A stretch of DNA of 64,000 nt from Sphagnum compactum (taxonomy: Eukaryota). The stretch lies in the NCBI GenBank assembly GCA_965153455.1, contig OZ234493.1:21690213-21754212 (forward strand). Direction: 5' to 3'. Position numbers and translations under genes: made by a program. Under the pieces are notes generated by a model. The model worked only from the letters and a program-made list of their open reading frames with translations, was not told the DNA's origin and ran no database searches. The first letter of the stretch is position 1, and every line of letters begins with the position of its first letter. Positions 1 to 12,800 of this stretch are shown one piece after another.

Positions 1-875
1 TAAGTGAGCCTTTGCCAAGAAAAGCTTCTGGTGCAATCTTTCGTTCTCTGAAAACTTGTCCGGTGATTTTAAGGTGTTGACATACGGACTTGAGTCATGA
101 ATCCATTGTCGTTCTGACATTTGTGGAGACCTGAAATGTACTTTGTAAAGCCAGCAGTCATCGCTTAAAGCTCGTGAACAAGGTCGTGTGGGGTTTTCAC
201 TAAAGTCACAAGAAAATGGATTCTTAATTGCATTGAGTTGCTTCCAGGTAATTGTTTCTGGAATAGGTTCAAGGCCCTGTAAATTGCTTGACATTAGAGT
301 TATCCATACACTAATCCCCTTTTGAGCCTGAGTTGCACCCCTCCTTTGATGCTTCATCCCCTTCTGGCTGTTGTCTGCAAAGTCATGAAATTTTATTAAA
401 TAAGGGTATGAAATACTGAGACTTAGGATTGAATGCACGAGGCACGAGAACATTTATAGCTACAGTACACAAAGCAGCAGCAGTGATTGGGTGAATGCAT
501 TCAGGAAAAGCAAGGACAGGGAAAACTCAGTTTAGCACCAAATTTGCTGCTAAACTGAGTTTCATGCCCCGTTGAAGCCTAGTGTACTGTTTTTTTTCCT
601 GTTTTTTGAAATCTCATCCCCTATGTGACCAAACAGGGGGTTCCGGTGGCGTCTTTTCCTGACTTTACGGATAACTTTTATATTTCGAAAATTGTGAATC
701 TGATGCTTGATTCCTGGGTTGATTGGTAATGAATTTCAAACCCTGCTGTACCTTAAAGTTGTCGGCACATGCAATGGCTATCCCTGTTTGAGAGCAGAGT
801 ACACAGCACCTTGGGCTTCTTTTGGGACACGCACATGATTGTGAAAACCTTGGCTTCTGCCTGTCTGCTCCTTGA
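1..875 (-). repeat. Inverted dispersed copy of 52372-53244 (unclassified repeat or decayed gene; runs off window start)
   Basis: The reverse complement aligns continuously with 52372-53244 (TAAGTGAGCCTTTGCCAAGAAAAG vs CTTTTCTTGGCAAACGCTTGCTTA at 53221-53244). Shared translations include SRSRQAEAKVF and QGLEPIxETITWKQLN. Confidence 0.9.
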
Positions 876-2519
876 AAGGATGAGCCATTTTTCACCAAAA
901 AAAAAAAGGTGATGTATAACAAATATTATAATATGTAGTAAGCTAAAATTTTGATGACATTTTTTGGTTATCCTAAACACAAGCAAAAGCTTTAAGAATC
1001 TGCATGACAACATTTTGGAACTCAAAGTGAACTTTGAATTAAAATTAATCTTGATGTAGTGGTTACATGAAAATGATTGGATGGAATCGATTTACATATA
1101 ATATATAATTTACCTTTTTTCAATGGTCATAGGGCTTCATGTTTGTGGTTCACAAACCATCTAATGCCCAACTAAAAAATCTCCTCCTTTTTTATATAAT
1201 ACAAGGTGAAAGCAAACTACAATGTGTTTTTTTGGACATCACAATTTCAATTTTGCTAGGTTAATCAAATATAGTTGCATATAACTCAAATTCATTTGAA
1301 AAATATAGCAAAAATGTGATGATAATTGAAAATTATTTTGTAATCCTCCTAAACCTAAAAAAATTACTCAAGAAACATCAATGTTCAACTCAAAGGTGGA
1401 CTTTGCAATGTAGGGTACAACTAATGTCACAGTCCAAAATATTATGGTTATGGACTTTTGCTTTTAGTGGATTTGAAAAATATCATTATAACTTTTTTCC
1501 ACCACACATTCAAGTATCATAACACTTAAGTTGAAAAAATAATGTAAGAAAAGATCTTTCATTTTTTAAAGATTCAAAATGGAGATTGCAAAAGTGTAAA
1601 GTCCATTTAAATACCTAATTGATTTTTTCAAGGCCCATATTTTTCAAGGTGTTTTGAAAAGGTTTTAATTAGGGTGGTATGAATTTAAACATGGCAAAAA
1701 ATGTGAACTTTAGCATCATTTAGATGTTTTTATTAAAAACAATATTGGATTTAGACTTTAAAATTGGACTTTCAACCACCCATTTTGTGACCATGTAGTG
1801 TGCTTTTGTTACGTAGTGGTTTTTTCCTAAAAGGAAAATATTATTATGCATTTATTGCCAAAAAATGAAAAAAACACGTTTTTTGAATGAAATTTCATTC
1901 AAAAACTTTTAAATTTTTAATGGTCTTAGAAGTACTTGATATATATCAATATACCATAAAACATTTCACCGGAAATTCCACCCACAACCCCACTTTTGAA
2001 GTATATACGTGAATTTCAAATTTTGTGATGAATATTATTTTGTGACTAATATATTATATACATTCAAGTTTTTGGATGTTTGTTGGATTTTTAATAGTAA
2101 TTGATTAATTTAAGTTTAAAGCTAGTCAAATATGATTAAATAAAAATAAATAAATGTCCATATGTTACCAAAAGTTTAATTTTGATTACAATTTTTGGGA
2201 GGTTTAATGTATTTTTGCCCTCCACGCCTTGAACCATGAATATTAAAAATACTTTGTCACCTAAGCCCACATTACTAGTGACCAAAAAAATATGGGAACT
2301 AGATATTAATCTATTAATTATAAAAGGTAAGGTGTAGGAAATATGATGATTATTATGAAAAGATATTAAATTCCTACATTTAGTTTGAAAAACTAGGCCA
2401 ATTAAAATGATAAAAGGTTTGTAATATCGTACTTAAGAGGATAATCCAATTTTTAGGCAACCTTACATCTTTAATCAAGGGAGAAGAGGTTGGTTCAAGC
2501 TTTGATAACAAAATTGTTG

Positions 2520-3800
2520 GAGGTTGGTTTGGTAAAACTATCTCAGGGTGAATATGCATTAACAATGGTGATGCCAACCCAGAAGGACATTTTTGGCAAT
2601 TGGATAAAACATTTCATATGTGGAGATTAAGACTAGTGAACAAGTGGATGTGCTTTCACAAATATGCCATACCCCTATTAGACAAAATATTTAATGCCCT
2701 TGGGCAAGCCAAGTTTTTTAGCACCTTAGACTTGTGTTCTAGTTAACATTAATTGCCCTTGAAGGATGGTGACAAAATTAAGAAAATAATTAATTGAGGG
2801 ATTTATCATAATGGGGAATTTGGTTCATACCAATTGTGGTTCTTGTTTTTTGGTTTGAGAAATGACCTTGCAAAATTTTTAAAGGTTCAGGGGATTGGGT
2901 TTTTACTGGTTTTGCCTTTGTTAAATGTTAAATCAACAATATTATTGTCTTTAGTTTAATCCAAGGGGATCACATGCATGATTTGCAAAAGATGTTTGAT
3001 CAATTTAAGAAACATAACCTTCAGTTGAATATTCACAAATGTTGATTCTTCCAAATTCAATTGGAATACATGGGTCACATGATTTATCCTCATGGACTAA
3101 AGGTTCAAAAGGCCATTTCATAAGTGCCTTCATCATTGGATGTTAATAAGTTATGAGTTTTTTTATGTTTGTGTAATTACTACCAAAGCTCGTTAAAGGA
3201 TTTGGCAACATTGTTAAAACTTTAACCCAATTGATTAAGATCAACCAAAAGAATATTTGGAGCGAGGCACAAAAACAAGCCTTTTAAGAGTTGATGTATT
3301 GATTTTTTAAATTTTTGCGATGACACATATAGACAACCCTACTAGCTACTTAATAATTTAAACATTTTAGGATTGGGAATCGTGTTTAACCAATTTGATG
3401 ACGTTAGTTGGTTTCATAACAAGATGGAAGCAAAGTATAATTCATATGAAGGGATGGCTTCATCATTGTTTGGGCAATTTCATCATTGATCATGTGTTAT
3501 CTTTACATGGTAGCCCATTCACTTTAGTTATAGATCATTAGCCTCCAAAATTCTTGATGGATTCAGATTGTTTCACAAGAAAGTTAACTACGTGGGCACT
3601 TATTTTACAAGAGTATGACTTTGACATTATTCATAGGCTTGGTAGGGTTAATTGGGTTGTGGACGGATTGAATTAAAACTTAAATTATAATGAGGAAGAT
3701 ATCATTGGGCTCATTGGCATGGTGATATTTGGAAGTAATATCAAGTTGACATGTTTTCTACATACCTATGTACCTTCATGAGATGTTTCGAAGATGTACC
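2520..3800 (+). mobile_element. Decayed Ty3/Gypsy pol remnant (reverse transcriptase + RNase H)
   Basis: Interrupted translations SQGEYALTMVMPTQKDIFGNW, KYAIPLLDKIFNALGQAKFFSTLDL..LPLKDGDKIK, EYMGHMIYP, PFTLVIDH..WALILQEYDFDIIHRLG match Gypsy RT then RNase H motif order. Many stops and frameshifts. Confidence 0.85.
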
Positions 3801-4819
3801 CCAAATTAACGTTGGTAATGAATATTCATATGATGTGGACATGAACCAAGGGCTTTCTATTGTTTAGTCGTGAATTTGAATTATTAACCTCAATCTAATG
3901 AGATGTGATGGAAGTAATCAATTTATATGATCCATATGTGTGATTTCAAGTATGTGAGCATGTGAGTACGTGATAAGTATTGTTCAAATATGTAATAAAA
4001 ACTTTAATATGTAATGTTAATGGCCATGCATGGAGAATCTTTTGACATCAATAGATGTTACGTCATGCTAGGTAAATGCATGGTATGGTGGTTCATTTTT
4101 GGCAGATGCTCCATTCCATAGGAGTCCATAAAAAGTTTGTTAAAGAACATGGTTATTTGTTTATCATCTTATGATTATAATTATTTATAAGTTGATGTTC
4201 ATACATTTGTGAACATTCATATTCTATTTTAAAACTTAAATAAAATGATGATGACATGAGCTGTTTTGATGGATGCAATTTTTAAAAAATCATAATATTT
4301 CAAAAAATGTTTTATAAAGTCCATATGAATATTGGTCCTTTTAGATATTTCATAATCAAACATTTTTAAAACAAAATAATTGAAAGAAAAAATAATTTGT
4401 AACTTGTAAGGACTTATGAAAATAACGTCATATTTTAACCATTTTAAATTCCATAAAAATGTTTTTGCTAAGGTTTTCAAGAAAATGGTCCCATATATAT
4501 ATAATTTATTCCATTCTTCAATTTATATTCAATCACTAAAAATCAATTAAGTTGAAACTTACTATGAATACATTGATGTTATACCATTGTAGTTAGGAAT
4601 CCAATCCATATAATGTCCCTTCAAAAGTCCATTATTAACAATAGGGGTAACATTTTTGAAAAAAAATTATACTTTTAATTTCATAATCAAGTTATGAATT
4701 TAGAATCAGTTATCAATTAACAAATTAAAACATACATTTATCACCACATCCATTTAAACAAAAGGCACCCTGTAAAAATATGAATATGACTCCATAAGTA
4801 AGCCACTATGCCATGCATT

Positions 4820-5240
4820 CACCTTGCCATTATTTGATGACATGGTTATCAATTTGGAGTTCATAGATTTAAATTTGGAAATTATGTGTATTTGTAACAA
4901 ACAACACCAAAAATGTTGGATGTGACTATTGTACATGTTATTTTACATGTGTGAAAGGTGTTACCTTCTAGAGTGTTATTGTTGGAGGGTTGAGATCGTT
5001 AAACGTGCAAAAACCACATGTGTAATTATGCACCATGTCATCTTTCACATGTTGATGGCTAAATCAACCATTTTTTGGCTATTGTTCTTGTTGGATTATC
5101 TTATATGGTGCGTGAGTAGTCTAAGTTAGAGTTGTTATTATGTTAATTGTGATCGATGTTTAAAAGGTTGGCATGTGGGATACATCTTATGCCACAATTG
5201 AAAAATACTTGTTGGAAAATGATTTTATTTTTGGTGCATT
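4820..5240 (+). mobile_element. Gypsy integrase C-terminal remnant ending in a degenerate PHD-like finger
   Basis: Translations HRFKFGNYVYL.QTTPKMLDVT, KVLPSRVLLLEG.DR.TCKNHMCNYAPCHL and CDRCLKGWHVG (C-x2-C-x4-H, PHD core). Same strand as the RT remnant upstream. Confidence 0.65.
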
Positions 5241-8200
5241 ATGTTAACTTATGTATTTTATTTTTATAATTAGATAATATAATTATCCTAAGTTATTCTT
5301 CATGATGATTCACATTTGGTTGAGGATTTGAAGGGATTGTAGTTAGGCAATTAATCATGGTGCTCACATTTGCATCTGGTTTATTGGTCCTTTCACTTTA
5401 GAATTCATTTGTTCATTTTTGACTTGGATTTAAAAATGAATTTCCTTTATAATTATTTAGTTTAAAGGGACTTTAGCCCCATGTAAAGGCATGGTTTGGA
5501 GGTGAAACACCATGCAAGGTGCTTTATGTTATTTGGTTTATGTGTGTGTGGAAATCGATAGTTGTAAATGTTGATATGGTAACACATGATACTTGTTAGA
5601 AATGTTAATTTAGTTGTTTAGTTAAGTTTTACTTAAATTAATATTAAATTGGGTTAATGTAATTGGTTGAATTTTAATTTGGAACTAGTTCAAGTGTGAA
5701 TGGGGTTCAAACCATTTAGTTTTTCAGGATATAATCCCAACTTTTGTGTTCTCAAATCACTTTTTATGATTTGACATTCTAGAACACACAAGTTTATTAT
5801 TGCAAATTTTTAATATTTTGGGTTTGGATTCCTACTTGTTTATAAGTGAATTGTATTTTGGTTTGGAGGTGAGGTTTCATTTAAGGTGCATTTATGATAT
5901 TTGGTTCCGGCATAATCCTAATCAACATACCCAAAAATACGGTCTAACAATTTTTATTTTATAAAGGACTATTTCAGATTTTTATTACATTTAACTAAAA
6001 TGATGTCATCTTAATCTAATAAAAAGTCCAAGAATAGATTGGATACAATATATATGTCCTATTGAGTTCTTTTAAATAATTTGAATCCTTGTTTTAACCA
6101 AAACATTCATTTTAAAAGAATAAAAAAGAATGTATTAAACAATGTAATTGATTTTAGTTTTCTTTCATGGATAAGTAATGCATACATCTATATTTGGCAA
6201 TGTTTATATAATGCACTTGATTAAATAATATAGGACATAAAAATTTTGAGGGCTACTAAATCCATTCTAGAAAGGTTGCAAGAAAAAAGATTTCTTTTTT
6301 TGCCATTTGGTTGATTTTTTTTATTCACTAGGCTTAGAATTTGTGGCCTCAAGTGTTGACAACATGTGCAGGAAATTTTCATACAAGAAAACATGTTAAG
6401 TTGTATATAAAAGCTTACGTATTCATTTTTTGCATTTTTAGTTTTTTACCAAATTATTTAAGCATGATTACATACGCATGTGAAAAATCACCACCATCTT
6501 GCAAATTATCATAATTTCAATTATCCAATTTTTTCACTTAAATTTATTCCATGTAAATTTGAAGGGTAGCAAAAACAAAGTTCTTGAGTGTTGTTTTCAA
6601 AAAGGGTATCCTTATTGTGAATATGCCTGTTTATGTGTGTGTGCATGAGTAGCAATAGTTGTATGTCAGATATGGTAAATCATGATGAAATTTGCAAGAT
6701 TAATTTGTGTGGATTTAGTGCCTATCATTTTCATCAACTTTTTTTGACAAGACCTATGAGGCTTAGAACAAGATAAGTTAGGCAATGGGGAGAAGTTGCT
6801 ATTGGTGGAATGAAAATTTTACAATTTAAATATGGAGCTTGATGTTGCTTAATATTTTAGTGAGTAAGCTTCCATCTTGTTAATTTACTTTCATTGACAA
6901 TAATTTGATTGACATGTCTTAATCAAAAGGATCATATGTTAAATAGATAGATTTGTTTTCAAGTCAAATGTGCTATCAATTAGTGATTATGTACATGTGA
7001 TATTCAAAATTGACATTTCAAAATAAGCTACCTTTTCAAGTGCACATATGTTTTCATCATACTTCGAAATTTTGTGACATACATTGACAGGTCAAACCAT
7101 TTGTGAATATATAGATGAGATTGTAATTCTAAAATTGTTTATGGAAATCACCTATGAATATAGAATGAATTTGAATGTTAAAATCAACTACGATCATGCA
7201 TGCATGTGACAATGAAAAGTGATAATTGTGAATATTCATTGACATTAGCAAATGTATATTCAGTTCTTGAACATAATATGTGTTTTTTAACATCATGATC
7301 TACATCAATAAATTTCATTTTTTTCCCACTTGGAATGACCAATTTACCATGCAATATCCATTGCCAATATTACATATATGGCAGGGCCATCATGTGTAAC
7401 ACACATTGTTACAGATGCCTTTTGATTCTTTTAGGTTTCAGGATGGAAGCTTACCAGGTGGTCATGGCTGTTGTTAAACTGCATGAGTTTCCCTGAGGCT
7501 TCTCAAGATTTTGGAAGGATTGAACTTGGAAGAGTTCAGTGCAATTCTTTCCACATTCAGTGCTTTTGCAATTGCTATTAACACATGCAGAGAATGTGGC
7601 TGCCATTCTTTTCTGCACTTCGCATACTAGGATCTACATGTCAATGTAGACCTCTTCATCTTTGAGAACAATTAAGATTTCTTTTGGGAGGAAGCAGATT
7701 CTGCAGTTCAAGCAGATATACAAGTTCCAGAAGAATGATCGATTACTACATTGATTGACATCATGGTAGAAAGTAAATCCTCAAACAATGTCCTGTCACT
7801 TTTAAGAAAATGGCTTCATGCCCTCATTGCAACCTGCATCATGATTGAGCAGCAAAATCTATTGATTGTATGTGCAACTACAGAGTCATGCCTCTGCAGG
7901 TATTTTTGCAGGTGGGTTTGTACCAGGCCCTGGAACAAGCAGGTTATACAAAGGACTCTGCAGTGACAACAGAAGGTTTCTCAAAGTTATGCTTTGCAAA
8001 CATTGAAAAACCGCTTCCTTAATTCCATTTTCTTGTGTTCATTGTGCCAACATCAGTCTACTGTTACCATTCTGCAGTTGATTTAGCTCCTTGTGGGCCA
8101 AGTTGATGCCCAATTGGCCCTTAGGGAAATAACATTTCCTTAGGGTTTGTCCACACCCTTAGATGAGGCTGGTAAGCAGAAACACTTTCTAAACCTGAGG

Positions 8201-11200
8201 AACTTTGGTTGAAGCACTGCCATCAAAGGTTCCACAATCAAAACCTCACAATCAGGACAGGTCGGTTGTGGTCAGTGATATTATTTTTTTCAGGTGTTGG
8301 GGAACTTGAAGATGGAGGTTGAGGTATCGATAGAGTAGCAGAAAAGCTTGCCAATCTTGTGCATTTGAATCTAGGAACATAGTGGTGCTTTCAAACAAAT
8401 TAGTGTTCTTGCATTTTAGATCTGGTACTAGGTTCTGTTTCTGGGCTCACTTGATTCTAGTATAGGTATGATAGTGTGCACATGCAATGTTGTAACTCTG
8501 TAATGCTGGCTTTCAGAACTGCAAAACTTTTACAGAAAAATTCAGACCCCTAAGGGTGTTGAAGCTCCATTCATGTCCTCATAGGCAGCACAAAAACTCC
8601 ACCCAAGAATGTATTGTTCTACTGAAGATCAGCTGTAGGTTGGTAATCTCATATGGACTTTCTGCACCTTCTATCCACTTCCGCTTTTCAAAAAATTAAC
8701 TAAGTTGCCTTTCAGAAGATTTAAGCAGAACTCATACTGGCATGACTGTTCCTTGAGGAGCATTTCCCACCAGCCTATCTCCTTTTCGTTGGTTGTTGCT
8801 GCTCTCACCAAAGGCATCCATTTCACTAGTGTTTTGTAAAATTTTATCTATTTTTTTCTGTTTCATAAATTGACAAAGTCTGACTTGCGCATTTTGGTGA
8901 CCAACATTTGTGAGCTGCATTCAGAGATGTTAGCAAGCAATGAATGTCACCAATTCTGAAAGACGAGAAGGTCATCACTGTAAAGGTCCAAAGCCTTCAG
9001 TCCATTTTGAAGGTTTGAATTTGATTTGATTTGATTTGCAATTCGCCTATTCATAATGTTATTGGTTTTGGAAGTTTGAAGAAGTCATGTACTCCAAGTC
9101 AGCGAGATTTGATATCTCTCTCTCTTTCTCTCTTTGGAAAGTTCATTGAAGTTGTATTTTTTAATTAGAATACACCCTCTATTGTTTTGTCTATTTTTTA
9201 TTATCTTTAGTACATGACTTTGCATTGTTTATATTAAGGTTGCCTCCAATTGTGCTAGGGGGAATTTAGAGATAATGTAAAGAATGTTGTAATTTTGGGT
9301 GGTGGTTTACTTGTATTTTGACCACTTGTCGTCCTGTATGTGAAGTCATAGAAGGTTGATTACTTTGAATTTGAAAGTAACATACTAGACATGAAAGAAA
9401 ATCTGGAAGTTTTGCTTTCTCTTGTTGGAAAAACTTCTTCCTTAACTTTGGTGGATCTATATTTGAAATGCCCCTAGATTCAAAGTCTTTCAATAAATTA
9501 TGTGATCATAAATATACAAGTATGTACAAGTATATACATGCATTTGCACTTGTGGGGTTATCATACAATTCAAACAATGTAAATATACAGCTCCCTTGAA
9601 ATAATGTATGAACTTGTTCATTGTAATTCACTTTGGAAAGTCATTTAAAACTACCATATGTATCAAGAATCAATCACTTTTTGTTAAAAAGTCAGTGATT
9701 GTCAACAATAACACAATGGGGTTTGAGTTGAGCCTTAATTAATTTGAATGACAAGTTACAAAAAATCTGGATGACACTTGGTAAAAAAAGTGGATTTTGT
9801 TCATTTTTATGTAAGCATAATATGGCCTTAGATACTAAATCAATGAGTGGGTAGCCAAATTGATTTTTCAAAAAAGGAATTATTTAAACAAGCTTCCACA
9901 AGGTTGTCTTATTGAAGGTAGTCTTTTGATGAATTCATTTTGAAAAGCAGAAGTGGGCCATAATATATTGATTGCAGCCTTGAGCAAGATTTTTCAAAGA
10001 CAAAGTCTACCTGTACATGTGACAAAATGATGGAAACCAATGTACTATGATATCCAAGTTCTAAACATGTGATCAATTTATGCCACACTGATTCAAATTC
10101 AATGGAAAAGTCTCAATGCTAGGAAGGACAAGCTCAAGCTTGACAACTAAATGTTGTCAAAACAAGCAAAGTTTTACTTCAGAATTTTTTTTACTACGAG
10201 CCTCCTCAAAAGTGGCCATAGAAGTTGTTTGATAATGCCCCTTGGCTTTACCTTACATGTACCCACATTTTCATATGGTGGTAGCTTTTACTAGTGACAA
10301 TTACTCTAAATTGCTTGGTTATTGTAAAATAACATCTACTCTGGTTTTGTGGAGAATTGAACCCACAACCAATTACAAGGTGGTCATAATTCCCAACCAC
10401 TTGAAAAGACCCCACCAGGTTACAAGGTGGAACCAGGCCGGGTCAGCGCAAAGCCCAGAACATAATTCTCAACTACTTAGTTCTAGTCTCTTTATGTTTA
10501 AATATTTTGTGAAGCATTCCAAGATATTTCCTTGTGTACTTGAAAGGCACCTTATAATTTTGAGTATTCTTTCTAGATAAGGTCTACTTGGAGGGATCGA
10601 GGAGCAGGCCATTCCTGAAGTAAGAAGTGCTTGTGCAAGGCGCAGCCAAAGATGCTTACTTTAGCCAAGATCAGAGGGAGCTATATGGCATAATTTAAAC
10701 CCTAAGATATATGTATATATTTCATTTTTTTCATGATATTTGACAGGTATGATGGGAGAAAAAAGAAAAAGAAAATGCCTGTAGGAGTGAGGATTTGCCT
10801 TCCGAAACACTCACCCATTGTGGATGAAAATATTGATCCATACAGTTACCTCCAAATACAGTAGAAAATTTCTCAAAGATTTTGATGCCTATTTATAGGA
10901 GCAAGAGCCTTCTCACTCTTTAAAGGGGTACGGACCCTCCCCTTCTTATGTTTTGTGTTCTATGTGTGTAGATCATGATGTTGTTCACCTTCTACTTTGA
11001 TGGGTAATGCACATAGTTGGGGGACATACAAGGCCAGACTCAGCAGTTATTTTGGGTATGTCCTAAACAAAAAGGACCATGTTAGGGGCTTTGAAAACAC
11101 CAAAGGAACGACTAAAGTTTTTTGGACCATAAATAGGAAGCCATCACCATTTTAAAGGCAATAAACCAAGGTATCAAAGAGTAAATATGCGTTCAAATGA

Positions 11201-12552
11201 ACTGAAATGCAACAATGGTCTAAAGGCCTGTATCGTATAGTAGAACTTCTACTCTGATACCGTTTAAGGTTACATGCTCACTTGAGAATACGGTGGAAAT
11301 AAAAAAAACTTTGGCAATGATAGCATTAAAAAGGTCCTGGGTTCAAACTTCAAACCCATGGAGGGCAGGTGGAACTCCTGCTGGCACTCTGTCAATGAGC
11401 TTGACTCGACTTGGGGGTGCCAACGGCTTGTCAGGTTGGGTCTGCCGTTACGCTTCAAAACAAAATGATGATAGCATTACAAACACTCATAGAAGCTATC
11501 CATAAAGGGAGGCACTACTTCCAGAATGGGCAAAAAGACTTCAATCACACCAACTATGATCACCTAGCATTAAAAGTTTAATATTAAAACAACGGGAAAA
11601 CAAATCAAAGAACACATGATTCCACCTTGCAAAGACCTACAGTAATTTTTTTCTTTTGTTTTTCCTGTGATAACCTGAGGACAAAACACACTGGGTAAGG
11701 TGCCCTCCAATTACCCTAAAAAAAAGCGAAGCACGTCTTTAGTCTTTATACCTTTAGGTTAAGGCCCCTCGAGAGAGAGGTGGGCGAACCTCACTTGTAA
11801 TTGCCATCCTTGCGATGTCAGTTGTATTCCATCTTGCAAGGTGCCATCCTTGTAATATCAGTAGTTGTATTTTGGTTTCGTAACGTGGCATCATCATCAC
11901 GCGCTATCCGTCATATTCAGCCTCATAAGGTGGCATTCTCTAAAACTAATTGAAACCCCCCTTTTTGTTTAGTCATGAGGTTCTTGCCACATGTAGACTC
12001 AACCATGGTGCTTCCATCCTCTTCAACAACCAACAAGAAAAAAAAAGATGAAAATTTAAAGAATGGATTATGGGACCCCCTCCCCCTTTCTCCTTTTAAA
12101 AAATCTTTTCTCCCTTCAACAAAACAAAAATAAATAAAAATTTGGAGACCTTTGGGTATGTGTAAAGGTGGAGTTATACTACTACATTCATTGACTTGGT
12201 CTAATGACTGGTTCCATATTGCATGCAATTTGACTGTTTGAAGTCTACGAGGTACCAAACAAGTCCTCAACAACCGCCGACCACCCTACCCCCCCCAACC
12301 CACATAAAGATCACAAATAGAAAGAAAAAAACAAAAAACATAAAATCCCTACTCATCTCCCCCCCCCCCCACCCACGCCACTAAAAAAACACAAAAAAAC
12401 AAATAAAAATCCTGTGACAAATAAAGCTTTCTTTTTAGACTGAACATCACACCAAAATAACAAAACCCTAAGGAGTCAGTTTAGCATCCCTAGAAAAATG
12501 TTTTTTATAGTAAAAAGCGGCCCCTATGGACTTTTAATTTTAATTTATTTTT

Positions 12553-12800
12553 TGGTAGCCAAAAGTGGTGATCATCCATAGGAAGATGTAGAAAAAATGG
12601 CTATCATCCTACGAAGATTTAGCCAAATATGATTGTAAACCAGATATGAAGTGCAAACTTTAATCATACTTCTATATCTTTGGCTTAACACTGAAAACCA
12701 AATATAAAAAGTTGGTGATTATTTCTATTTTTTCCCCTCACATCTGGCGAATGAAAACCTCTAAAATCACTTCATTTTTTAATTTTGGATTTTGTATTTC
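12553..12800. repeat. Dispersed non-coding repeat, related in inverted orientation to ~50815-50880
   Basis: AAGTGGTGATCATCCATAGGA...GATTTAGCCA...AGATATGAA here; its reverse complement CATATCT...TGGCTAAATCATCCTATGGATGATCACCACTT is at 50820-50874. Confidence 0.6.

Noticed and set aside
6200-6420. hAT transposase dimerisation-domain remnant (SVDNMCRKIFIQEN)
   Set aside because: Too short and degenerate to support.
10900-12050. Decayed LTR element (PBS-like CTCTGATACC at ~11251-11260; weak similarity to ~45730-45850)
   Set aside because: No second LTR, TSD or coding remnant could be defined.
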